Of a DNA stretch of 64,000 nucleotides, positions 38,869 through 47,786 are shown piece after piece. This stretch comes from Gemmatimonadales bacterium (lineage in GTDB: Bacteria > Gemmatimonadota > Gemmatimonadetes > Gemmatimonadales > GWC2-71-9). The DNA lies in contig JBFGJG010000001.1 of the NCBI GenBank assembly GCA_041577295.1, forward strand, positions 192,001-256,000, read 5' to 3'. The position numbers and the translations under genes were made by a program. Numbering within the stretch: the first letter of the stretch is position 1; each line of letters starts with the position of its first letter. Under the pieces are notes generated by a model. It was not told where the DNA came from and did no database searches. It worked only from the letters and a program-made list of their open reading frames with translations.

Positions 38869-41003
38869 GTGCCCCAGTGCTTCTTCGTCGTTTGCTGTTC
38901 CTGTTCCGCCGCCTTGTGGTCGTTCTTTTCCAGAAGTGCCTTACGAGAGAGCCGCATCTTTCCGCGATCGTCCACCTCGAGGAGCTTCACGCGGACGCGA
39001 TCACCCTTTTTCACGACGTCTTCGGTTCGCTCGGTGCGGCTGTGCTGCAGTTCGGAGATGTGCAGTAAGCCCTCGCGACCGGGGAGAATCTCGACGAAGG
39101 CACCGAAGTTGGTCGTGCTCTTCACCACACCTTCGTATACCGCACCGACCTCGGGCTCGCGCACGAGGTTTTCGATCATTGCCCGCGCGCGCTCACCTGC
39201 TGCTCCGTCGACACTGGAAATGGTGATCAGACCGGAGTCGTCGATGTTGATCTCCGCGCCCGTCTCCTCCTGGATGCCACGGATCACCTTACCCTTGGGA
39301 CCGATGACCTCGCCGATGCGTTCCGGGTTGATCTCGATCGTGATGATGCGCGGCGCGTATTTGGATAGCGTCGAGCGCGCGGTCGCCAGCGTGTCGGCCA
39401 TTCTGTCGAGAATGTGGAGTCGGCCCTGCTTCGCCTTGTACAACGCTTCGCGGAGCACCTCGAGGGACAGACCGCCAATCTTGTTGTCCATCTGGATCGA
39501 GGTGACTCCCTCGCGCGTGCCCGCCACCTTGAAGTCCATGTCGCCGAGGTGATCTTCGGTGCCAAGAATGTCGGTCAGCACCGCGATCTGATCGCCCTCC
39601 TTTATGAGCCCCATTGCCACGCCGGCGCACGGGCCCTTGATGGGCACCCCGGCATCCATCAACGCTAAGGAGCCACCGCAGACCGTTGCCATCGAGGAGG
39701 AACCATTGGACTCCAGGATGTCGGACACCAGTCGAATGGTGTACGGGAACTCCTCATACGGCGGAAGCAGCGCCTGCAGCGCACGCTCGGCGAGGTTCCC
39801 GTGACCGATCTCCCGCCGCGATACGCCGCGAACTGGTCGCACTTCGCCTGTGGAGAAGGGCGGGAAGTTGTAATGGAGCATGAAGCTCTTCGTGGTGTCC
39901 TCTGGCATATCGATGTTGTCGATCCGCTGCTCATCGGACACCGTTCCTAGCGTGGTGCTGACGAGCGCTTGGGTCTGACCCCGCGTGAAGAGTGCCGAAC
40001 CATGGGCGCGGGGCAGAACACCGACCTCGCATGCAATTGGGCGCACCACGTCGAGGCCCCGTCCGTCGATCCGCTCGCCCCGTTCGAGAACCTGTCGCCG
40101 CATGCTCGTGTATTCGAGATCGCCCAGGACGGCCTTGATCTCGCCTTCCTGCTCTGGAAACTCGTCGACCAAATCCTCGAGGATCTCGTCCTGCACGGCC
40201 GCAAGCGCGGTGGCCCGCTCGGCCTTTTCCGCCAGGTTGAGCGCACTCTGGATCTTGGGCTCCGCCATGCCCCGGACGCGAGCATCGACATCGGCGGAAG
40301 GCGTGGCCTTCACAAACTCGAGCTTCGGCTGAGCGGCAGGCCGAATGACTTCCAACTCCAAGTCCACCAGCTCGGCCAATCCACGCTGTGCGAACGCGAG
40401 CGCGTCCGCGATCTCATCGTCCTGCACCTCGAGCGCCCCGCCCTCGACCATGATGATCGAGTCCGCGTTGCCCGAGACGACCAAGTCGATGTCGCTGAAC
40501 TCCAATTGGCGGAACGTTGGATTGATCACCCACTCCCCATCAATGCGTCCCACGCGGACACCTGCCACCGGTCCGCTCCACGGCGTGCGGGAAATCGCGA
40601 GCGCCGTCGATGCGGCGGTGACACCCAACACGTCAGCGTCATTCTCCTGATCCGCCGACAGCACGTACACGAAGACCTGCACTTCGTTGCGGAAACCCTT
40701 GGGGAACAACGGGCGGATCGAGCGATCGATCAACCGGGCCGCAAGGATCTCGTGTTCCGTCGGTCGTCCCTCACGCTTGAAGAAACCGCCGGGGATCCGC
40801 CCGGCGGCATAGCTCTTTTCTCGGTATTCGACAGTGAGGGGAAAGAAGGGGAGCGCCGTCTCCGAGTCGGCGACCGTCACGGCCGCAAGGACCAGGGTAT
40901 CGCCGTACTGGGCTAGTACACTGCCCGCTGCCTGCTTCGCCACCCGACCGGTCTCCAACCGGAACGACGTTCCGGCGAAGGACCGTTCAACTTTGTGCAC
41001 CAT
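38538..41003 (-). CDS. pnp: Polyribonucleotide nucleotidyltransferase; core ends about 38877, ORF runs on 112 codons
   Basis: FFPLTVEYRE, RLIDRSIRP, RREIGHG, ESNGSSSMA, DHLGDMDFKVAG, plus KH and S1 domains. Confidence 0.97.
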   Translation of the reverse strand: MVHKVERSFAGTSFRLETGRVAKQAAGSVLAQYGDTLVLAAVTVADSETALPFFPLTVEYREKSYAAGRIPGGFFKREGRPTEHEILAARLIDRSIRPLFPKGFRNEVQVFVYVLSADQENDADVLGVTAASTALAISRTPWSGPVAGVRVGRIDGEWVINPTFRQLEFSDIDLVVSGNADSIIMVEGGALEVQDDEIADALAFAQRGLAELVDLELEVIRPAAQPKLEFVKATPSADVDARVRGMAEPKIQSALNLAEKAERATALAAVQDEILEDLVDEFPEQEGEIKAVLGDLEYTSMRRQVLERGERIDGRGLDVVRPIACEVGVLPRAHGSALFTRGQTQALVSTTLGTVSDEQRIDNIDMPEDTTKSFMLHYNFPPFSTGEVRPVRGVSRREIGHGNLAERALQALLPPYEEFPYTIRLVSDILESNGSSSMATVCGGSLALMDAGVPIKGPCAGVAMGLIKEGDQIAVLTDILGTEDHLGDMDFKVAGTREGVTSIQMDNKIGGLSLEVLREALYKAKQGRLHILDRMADTLATARSTLSKYAPRIITIEINPERIGEVIGPKGKVIRGIQEETGAEINIDDSGLITISSVDGAAGERARAMIENLVREPEVGAVYEGVVKSTTNFGAFVEILPGREGLLHISELQHSRTERTEDVVKKGDRVRVKLLEVDDRGKMRLSRKALLEKNDHKAAEQEQQTTKKHWGTCRPSRWTNGSTGPRRPTASWSCPRPCHRCARWRLASGSRPPPPMRIPDTWGCLTSSSTWYSRGRSDGVPATSRSSSRSGVARSMPSRRVTTHPIRRGCSMRTCPEPSTS

Positions 41004-41036
41004 TGTGAGTTCCTATCGAGCACGGGAAGATGCCGA

Positions 41037-41068
41037 GAGGCGCCCGAGGTGCTCGGCTCGGACGCCTC
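41037..41068 (-). terminator. rpsO-pnp intergenic stem-loop (terminator or RNase III site)
   Basis: GAGGCGcCCGAG...CTCGGaCGCCTC inverted repeat. Confidence 0.45.
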
Positions 41069-41087
41069 ACGCCTGCGCCGCACTAGT

Positions 41088-41348
41088 TTAATGACGGAGG
41101 CCCAACGCGTCGATGAGCTGACGGTAGGTTTCGAGATCCGTGCGTTTGAGATAGTCCAATAGGCGGCGCCGGCGACTCACCATCTGGAGCAAGCCCCGCC
41201 GCCCGTGGTAATCTTTCGAATGCGTCCGGAAGTGCTCGGTCAACCGATTGATACGCTCGGTGAGCAAGGCAATCTGGACCCGGGCCGATCCCGTGTCCCG
41301 TTCATGAATGCCGTGCTGCTGGACTACAACCTGCGTGTCAACGCCCAT
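41088..41348 (-). CDS. rpsO: 30S ribosomal protein S15
   Basis: [29 protein letters not shown] and RRRLLDYL. Confidence 0.97.
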   Translation of the reverse strand: MGVDTQVVVQQHGIHERDTGSARVQIALLTERINRLTEHFRTHSKDYHGRRGLLQMVSRRRRLLDYLKRTDLETYRQLIDALGLRH

Positions 41349-41412
41349 TACTATGCTGCCTCCACGGCGCAGGGACGCCGTTGTAAAATGCTCTATTTCA
41401 TCTCAGCACAGC

Positions 41413-41441
41413 AATTTAGCCTCGGTCGGATTCCCTGTAAA
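41413..41441 (-). promoter_or_regulatory. Putative sigma70 promoter of rpsO-pnp
   Basis: TTTACA (41441-41436), 17 nt, TAAATT (41418-41413). Confidence 0.65.
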
Positions 41442-41449
41442 GCCCGCCG

Positions 41450-42436
41450 GTGACACGAGATCCGACTGCCCTGGTAGGACGTTCGCTCGGCCCCTTCACC
41501 GTCCACCGGCTGCTGGGTCAGGGGGGGTTTGCGTGGGTGTTTGCCGCCGAGATGCAGGACGGCGAGGCGGTGGCGCTCAAGGTCCTCAAGCCTCGCTTCG
41601 GCGGGGACCCCATTGTGGAAGCCCGATTTCGCCGCGAGGCCGAAACCGCCGCCAACCTCCGGCACCCCAACATTGTCCGCATCCTGGACGTGGGTGAAAG
41701 CGGGGGATTCGTCTACTTCTGCATGGAATTGTATCCCGACTCGCTCGCAGCCCGGCTGGAACGCGACGGCCCACTCGATGAGCCGAACCTGATTCAGATT
41801 GGGGCCGACGTCGCCAACGGCCTCCAGTTCGCTCACCAGCAGGGCCTCGTGCATCGCGATGTCAACGTCCACAACGTGCTGCTGCATGCCGACGGTGGGG
41901 CCGTGATCGGAGATTTTGGGATCGCGCACGCCATTACGACGGCTCGGCGGGAAAGTCGCGCTCGGGTCACCATTGGAACGCCCCAGTACATGTCACCCGA
42001 GCACGCGCGCGGGCAGCCGCTTGACGGTCGAAGCGATATTTACTCGCTCGGCGTAACCCTGTACAAAGCGGCAACCGGAACGACGCCCTTTACCTCGACC
42101 GACTGGTTCGAGCTCGCGCGGATGCATCTGGAGGAGTCACCGCGTAAACCCCGCACGCTCCGCCCCGAGCTCTCGGCACGAGTCGAGCGGATCATTCTTC
42201 GCTGCCTGGCCAAGGAGCCTTCCGAACGCTACCCAAGCGCGGACGCGCTCCGAGAGGACCTGCAACAGGTGGGCGATCGCCGGCGCCGGACCTCGGGCTT
42301 CGGACGCGTCACCGTCTCCGCCACCGATCGGGACTCGTCCTCAGCCTGGGACCCATGGCTGAGAGTGCTCCTGCCTGTGCTTGCCCTCGTGGTGATTGTC
42401 CTCGTGGCGGCGCTCGTCGTCCTCGCGGGGAGGTAG
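41450..42436 (+). CDS. Hanks-type Ser/Thr protein kinase with C-terminal TM helix
   Basis: LGQGGFAWV, VALKVL, HPNIV, HRDVNVHN, DFGIA, GTPQYMSPE and SDIYSLG. Confidence 0.92.
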   Translation: MTRDPTALVGRSLGPFTVHRLLGQGGFAWVFAAEMQDGEAVALKVLKPRFGGDPIVEARFRREAETAANLRHPNIVRILDVGESGGFVYFCMELYPDSLAARLERDGPLDEPNLIQIGADVANGLQFAHQQGLVHRDVNVHNVLLHADGGAVIGDFGIAHAITTARRESRARVTIGTPQYMSPEHARGQPLDGRSDIYSLGVTLYKAATGTTPFTSTDWFELARMHLEESPRKPRTLRPELSARVERIILRCLAKEPSERYPSADALREDLQQVGDRRRRTSGFGRVTVSATDRDSSSAWDPWLRVLLPVLALVVIVLVAALVVLAGR

Positions 42437-42450
42437 GCGCCGCGGGGGGC

Positions 42451-43806
42451 TCAGCCTCCGATCAGCCGAAACACGTCGTTCGTGATGACCAGGGCCATGA
42501 TGCCCAGCAACACGAGCAGCCCCACCTGTGTGAGTCGAATACGCAGAGCCTGGGAGAGGGGCTTTCCACGGACCCCTTCGAGGAAAAGAAATACCAGATG
42601 CCCTCCATCCAGTACCGGAATGGGAAGCAGGTTCAGGACGGCCAGGTTGAGCGAGAGGAAGGCCATGAAGGACACGAGCGAAGCGAGGCCGAGCCGTGCC
42701 ACCTGGCCGGAGACTTGGCCGATGAGGATTGGACCCCCGAGCTCCCGAAAGGAAACGTCCCCAAAGATCATCGCCTTCAGCGTAAACAGCACCGCCCGCG
42801 TGCGGTCCCATGTATCACGCGTCCCGACCACCACGGCTTGTGGGAGGGAATACACCACCTGCGTCTGGTAAATCGAAATGCCGATGCGCCCCACGCGCCG
42901 GGTCTCTCCGGTGGTGGGATCGACGTCCGTCTGCTCGACCGGCGCAACCTGCGCGGTGACAACCTGGCCGTTGCGGTCGATCCTCAGCATCAGCGTGTCG
43001 CCGACACGGCTCTCCACGGCGGCAACCAACTCGGTCCAACTCCGAATCGTATCACCGTCGATCCCGGTGATGAGGTCGCCCCGCTGGAGCCCGGCTGCGC
43101 TCGCGGGCTGGCCCGCAACCACACTCCCCACCCGTGGCTCCATCACGAACTCGAGCGCCTGGAGGATGGCCTCCCGCGCGGACGCACTCGTCCCGGGGAT
43201 CTCGAGGATGACTGCGTCCCGGCCGCGGAAATCGAACCGTAACCGGTCTCCACTGGGGTCGGCGATGGCTCGCACGACCGCGTCCAACGAGCGGACCGAA
43301 TCCCCGTTGATCTTCGTGATCTCCGTGCCATATGGCAGCGCCGTAAGCGCCTCGGCGCCTGGCGGGAGGGCCTCAGCCTCCACCGCTCCGATGGTGGTGG
43401 TGGGCGTCTCGAGCCGGCCACCCGCTGCTAGCACGACGTAGGCAACCCACGCAAACAAAAAGTTCATGATGACGCCGGCTGAGATAACGAGCACACGAGC
43501 TGGCAATGGCTTGTTCTCAAACAGCTTGTCCTCGGGGAAGTCCGGGGGCGTCTCTCCGCCCTCGAGAGCCGACATGCTCTCCTGCTCCTCCCGGGACGCC
43601 ATCTTCACATACCCACCCAACGGTACCCAGGCCACGATGTACTCGGTTTCTCCTCGCTGAAAGCGCAAGGGTGTGGCAGGACCAAAGCCGATCGAAAACC
43701 GCTGGACACCGATGCCCACACCTTTGGCGGCGATGAAATGGCCGAGCTCGTGAACGAAGATGAGAACGCCGAGGACGACGACCGTAACACCTATCGTGAG
43801 AAGCAC
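42451..43806 (-). CDS. rseP: RIP metalloprotease RseP
   Basis: FVHELGHF, PLGGYVKM, PDZ domains and NLLPIPVLDGGH. Confidence 0.96.
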   Translation of the reverse strand: MLLTIGVTVVVLGVLIFVHELGHFIAAKGVGIGVQRFSIGFGPATPLRFQRGETEYIVAWVPLGGYVKMASREEQESMSALEGGETPPDFPEDKLFENKPLPARVLVISAGVIMNFLFAWVAYVVLAAGGRLETPTTTIGAVEAEALPPGAEALTALPYGTEITKINGDSVRSLDAVVRAIADPSGDRLRFDFRGRDAVILEIPGTSASAREAILQALEFVMEPRVGSVVAGQPASAAGLQRGDLITGIDGDTIRSWTELVAAVESRVGDTLMLRIDRNGQVVTAQVAPVEQTDVDPTTGETRRVGRIGISIYQTQVVYSLPQAVVVGTRDTWDRTRAVLFTLKAMIFGDVSFRELGGPILIGQVSGQVARLGLASLVSFMAFLSLNLAVLNLLPIPVLDGGHLVFLFLEGVRGKPLSQALRIRLTQVGLLVLLGIMALVITNDVFRLIGG

Positions 43807-44927
43807 GCAGCCTCCGTTAGTTCTCGTGCTTCACGGTCCGCCGCCAGCACGGTTTCTAGGCTCGTGGCCTCCCTTGCGACGTGTGCCTCGAGCGCGTTGC
43901 CAATGATCTGGGGAATGGTGGAGAAACCGATCTGGCCATCCAGAAACGCCTGCACGGCCACTTCGTTGGCCGCGTTGAATACCGCCGGGGCCGTGCCACC
44001 CGTACGGCCCGCCTCTACGCCCAGCCGGAACGCTGGGAACACGTCGGCCCGCAGCGGCTCGAATGTCAGTGGGCCCGCGGCCACCGGATCGAACGGTGGC
44101 ACCCCCGTGTCGGGCAGCCGCTCGGGATAGGTGAGCGCGTAGAGAATGGGAAGTTCCATCGTTGGAAATCCGACCTGCGCCAACACCGAACCGTCGACGA
44201 ACTCTGCGAACGCGTGGACGATCGATTGCGGATGAATTACGACTTCGATCGCGTCATACCCAACGTCAAAGAGGTAGTGCGCCTCGATCACCTCCAACGC
44301 TTTGTTGGCAAGCGTCGCACTGTCCACGGTGATCTTCGGCCCCATGTTCCACGTCGGGTGTTGCAGCGCACCCTCCACCGTGACCTCACGAAGGCGCGTC
44401 GCGGGCCAATCCCGAAACGGACCGCCGGACCCCGTCAGGATCAATCGCCGCAGACGCGTAGGATCGCGATCGGTGAGGCACTGCAGCACCGCGCTATGTT
44501 CCGAATCCACTGGAACGATCTCGCCACCCCCAGCTCGTGCGGCTCCCCGCACGAGGTCGCCCGCCATGACCAGCGACTCTTTGTTCGCCAGCGCCACGCG
44601 CTTTCCCGCGTGCAAGGCAGCGAGCGTCGCGCGCAACCCCGCCGCACCAACCACGGCGTTGACCACAATGCGAACGTCGGGATGGGTCGCCGCCTCGATC
44701 AAGCATTCCGGTCCGACGCCGGAAACGGCCTCTCCCCCCACGTCCGCGCCGTTCACCAAGCCCGAGAACCCCGCGCCAACAGCCGCCACCTGCTCCTGGA
44801 GTCGGTCGACCGATCCAAACGCCGTGAGCGCCACCACGTGAAAGCGATCCCGTTGCCGTTCGAGGACACGCAACGTGCTCACACCAATGGAGCCGGTTGA
44901 CCCAAGGACCGCGACACCAATCGTCAT
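43791..44927 (-). CDS. dxr: 1-deoxy-D-xylulose-5-phosphate reductoisomerase
   Basis: LGSTGSIG, LANKESLV, PVDSEH, HPTWNMGPKITVDSAT and NAANE. ATG at 44927. Confidence 0.97.
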   Translation of the reverse strand: MTIGVAVLGSTGSIGVSTLRVLERQRDRFHVVALTAFGSVDRLQEQVAAVGAGFSGLVNGADVGGEAVSGVGPECLIEAATHPDVRIVVNAVVGAAGLRATLAALHAGKRVALANKESLVMAGDLVRGAARAGGGEIVPVDSEHSAVLQCLTDRDPTRLRRLILTGSGGPFRDWPATRLREVTVEGALQHPTWNMGPKITVDSATLANKALEVIEAHYLFDVGYDAIEVVIHPQSIVHAFAEFVDGSVLAQVGFPTMELPILYALTYPERLPDTGVPPFDPVAAGPLTFEPLRADVFPAFRLGVEAGRTGGTAPAVFNAANEVAVQAFLDGQIGFSTIPQIIGNALEAHVAREATSLETVLAADREARELTEAACFSR

Positions 44928-45784
44928 AGTGTTTGGAACGCCACGAAGAGCAGGACCGCCGTCGGAATGACCCAGTACAGAGAATCTAGCCGGTCGAGGA
45001 CACCGCCATGCCCCGGAAAGAACGTCCCGGAATCCTTGACTCCCGCCTCGCGTTTGAACAGGGACTCGCCGACATCGCCGACCTGACCCGCCACCGACAC
45101 CACCCCGCCAAAGATCACCAGCTGCCACAGAGGGATCGACACGCCCATGGGTGTCAGCACGAGCGCACCATAGAGAGGTGCCAGGAGAACAGCACCGACG
45201 CTCCCGGAAATCGCTCCAGCCCACGTCTTGTTGGGACTCAGCACGGGTGCCAGTTTTGGTCCCCCCACCAGTTTGCCTCCAGCCATCGCTAGGCTGTCGC
45301 ACACCCACGTCAAAACCAACGGCAAGAAGACGAGCCACGTGGCGGCCCAGGCTGATGGCCACGGCGCGCCGTGCCGCAAGACGAGCAGGAAGCTCGGCAA
45401 TCCTGCGGCATAGAGAACGCCGAAGATCGTAATTGCGACCGCCGCCAGAGGTTTCTCCGCCGGCGCACGGCTGGCCGCCGCCGCCGCCATCACGGCCATC
45501 AGCCACGCGGCGCCCAGCGCGGCGGCCAGCAGCGGTGACAGCCCGAGACCGTCGGGCAACGTCGCGAACGCGACGGCAGGAAGCAACGCCGCCCCCACAT
45601 AACCCACGCCTGCCAGAGGACGAACCCCTGACGTGCCGGCGAACCGGTAGACCTCGGCCGTACCAGCTACTGCAAGGACTGCAACCGTACCTACCAGCAC
45701 CCACTCCCCAACGTACACCACACCCAGGACCGCTGGAATGGCGATCGCCGCAACCAGAATTCGACGGGCGAGGTTGGCCGACAT
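44924..45784 (-). CDS. cdsA: Phosphatidate cytidylyltransferase
   Basis: SPNKTWAG and GDVGESLFKREAGVKDSG..FPGHGGVLDRLDS. Confidence 0.96.
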   Translation of the reverse strand: MSANLARRILVAAIAIPAVLGVVYVGEWVLVGTVAVLAVAGTAEVYRFAGTSGVRPLAGVGYVGAALLPAVAFATLPDGLGLSPLLAAALGAAWLMAVMAAAAASRAPAEKPLAAVAITIFGVLYAAGLPSFLLVLRHGAPWPSAWAATWLVFLPLVLTWVCDSLAMAGGKLVGGPKLAPVLSPNKTWAGAISGSVGAVLLAPLYGALVLTPMGVSIPLWQLVIFGGVVSVAGQVGDVGESLFKREAGVKDSGTFFPGHGGVLDRLDSLYWVIPTAVLLFVAFQTL

Positions 45785-45802
45785 GTGGCGTGGGTGGCCC
45801 CC

Positions 45803-46357
45803 TCAGACCTCCATGATCTCGGCTTCTTTTGCCTGGACGAGGCTCTCGATCTGCCCGATGAAGTCATCGTGCAGTTTTTGGACTTCGGACTCGCTGCGGT
45901 GTTTGTCGTCGTCCGACACGTGCTCGGTCTTCTTGATCTCGTTGATGGCCTCGTGGCGGGCGTGACGGACGGCGATTCGTCCCTCCTCCGCCAGCTTGCG
46001 GACGATCTTGACCAGCTCTTTGCGTCGCTCCTCGGTCAGCGGTGGGAGCGGGATACGAATCAGCGTGCCGTCATTGGCGGGATTCAACCCGAGGTCCGCT
46101 GTGAGCACGGCCTTCTCGATCGGACCGATCAACGACTTGTCCCACGGCTGGACCGTGAGCAGGCGCGGTTCTGGTGCGCTCACCGAGGCGACTTGGTTCA
46201 GCGGAAGTTGTTGGCCGTAGGCCTCGACCTTGACCGTGTCGAGCAAGCTCGTAGTCGCCTTGCCCGAGCGGATGGTGGACAGTTCACGCTTCGTGTTGTC
46301 CACCGCTTTCGCCATTTGTTGTCGCGAATCTTTGGTGATATCTGGTAAGGCAGTCAT
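45803..46357 (-). CDS. frr: Ribosome recycling factor
   Basis: IRSGKA, DLGLNPANDG and PPLTEERRKELVK. ATG at 46357. Confidence 0.97.
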   Translation of the reverse strand: MTALPDITKDSRQQMAKAVDNTKRELSTIRSGKATTSLLDTVKVEAYGQQLPLNQVASVSAPEPRLLTVQPWDKSLIGPIEKAVLTADLGLNPANDGTLIRIPLPPLTEERRKELVKIVRKLAEEGRIAVRHARHEAINEIKKTEHVSDDDKHRSESEVQKLHDDFIGQIESLVQAKEAEIMEV

Positions 46358-47067
46358 CGGACGATCGTGCCGAGGCGCTCGCCTTGGAGGACACGAGCGA
46401 TCGCCCCGCGCTGGTTGACGTTCATAACCACGATGGGTAAGTGATTTTCCTGGCACAGCCCGAAGGCATTGGCATCCATCACGCGCAGTCCCTGCACCAT
46501 CGCGTGGTGAAAGGAAAGCTCGGGTATGAACTCAGCCTTGGGGTCCTTCTTGGGATCTGCAGTATAGACGCCATCCACACTGGTTGCCTTGATCAAGACG
46601 TTGGCCTCGATCTCGAGGGCTCGCAACACAGCGGCGGAATCGGTCGAGAAGAAGGGATTGCCCGTGCCCCCAGCGAAGAGGAGAATCCGGCCCTTTTCGA
46701 GATGGCGTTGTGCGCGTCGGCGAATGTACGGCTCGGCCAGCTCCTCCATGCGAATCGCCGTCATTACCCGCGTTTGGACATTCTGCTGCTCGAGCATCTC
46801 TTGGAGAGCGAGGGCGTTGATCACCGTACCCAACATCCCCATGTAGTCCGCTGACACCCGATCCATCCCTTGCCGGCTTGCCTCGGCTCCGCGCACGATG
46901 TTGCCGCCGCCAACCACCACACCCAGCTCGACGCCGAGGCTGTGCACCTCTCGGATCTCCTCGACGAGTCGCTTGATCACTCCGAAGTCGAGCCCGAAGC
47001 CGCGCTCTCCGGCAAGCGCCTCGCCGGAGAGCTTGAGCATCGCCCGCCCATAGGCGAGCTCCGTCAT
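46354..47067 (-). CDS. pyrH: UMP kinase
   Basis: LKLSGEAL, GGGNIVRG, DYMGMLGT and GTGNPFFSTD. Confidence 0.97.
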   Translation of the reverse strand: MTELAYGRAMLKLSGEALAGERGFGLDFGVIKRLVEEIREVHSLGVELGVVVGGGNIVRGAEASRQGMDRVSADYMGMLGTVINALALQEMLEQQNVQTRVMTAIRMEELAEPYIRRRAQRHLEKGRILLFAGGTGNPFFSTDSAAVLRALEIEANVLIKATSVDGVYTADPKKDPKAEFIPELSFHHAMVQGLRVMDANAFGLCQENHLPIVVMNVNQRGAIARVLQGERLGTIVR

Positions 47068-47669
47068 TCCTGCTCGCCGAGCTGGAACCGCACGAAGCGC
47101 CGCACGATGATGTTCTCGCCAACCTTCCCCGATACGTTCTTGATGAGATCGGCAACGGTCATCGAGTCATCGCGGACGAAGTGCTGCTCGAGGAGCACGC
47201 GCTCCTGGTAGAACTTCTTGAGCTTTCCCTCAACGATCTTCGGCCACACCTTTTCCGGCTTGCCGGACTCGGCCGCTTGCTCTTCGTAGAGGCGGCGTTC
47301 CTTGCCGACCAGGGCTTCCGGAAGGTTGTCCACGGTCACCGCGAGCGGGTTGGCCGCGGCGACGTGCATCGCGAGATCCTTCGCCAGCGCTTGAAAATCC
47401 TCGGTCCGCGCCACGAAGTCGGTCTCGCAATTGAGCTCCACCAACACGGCGGTTTTTCCATCGTGGTGGATGTAGTGGCCGATCACGCCCTCACTGGCGC
47501 TCTTGCCGGCGCGCTTCTCCGCCTTGGCGATGCCCCGCTTTCGAAGCAGCTCGACAGCCTTATCCGCATCACCGCCCGTCTCTTCGAGGGCACGCTTGCA
47601 ATCCATCATGCCCGCCCCGGTCCGAGCCCGTAGCGCGCTCACATCTTTTGCAGAAATGGTCATTGGCAT
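47064..47669 (-). CDS. tsf: Elongation factor Ts (short, about 200 aa form)
   Basis: LRARTGAGMMDCKRAL, ELNCETDFVA and RRFVRFQLGE. Confidence 0.97.
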   Translation of the reverse strand: MPMTISAKDVSALRARTGAGMMDCKRALEETGGDADKAVELLRKRGIAKAEKRAGKSASEGVIGHYIHHDGKTAVLVELNCETDFVARTEDFQALAKDLAMHVAAANPLAVTVDNLPEALVGKERRLYEEQAAESGKPEKVWPKIVEGKLKKFYQERVLLEQHFVRDDSMTVADLIKNVSGKVGENIIVRRFVRFQLGEQE

Positions 47670-47786
47670 GTGAAAACAATCACCTTGGGTTCGTGTACTC
47701 GTACAAACCGCCGCCTCGCGCCGAGAATCAGCCCGAGAAGCGGCGGCACAGCTGTACAAACATCCGTGAGGCTGAATGCTCTGAGT

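Noticed and set aside
43791..45704. 637-aa ORF suggesting an N-terminally extended Dxr
   Set aside because: The extension is an alternative frame of cdsA. Dxr homology starts at ATG 44927, which overlaps the cdsA stop.
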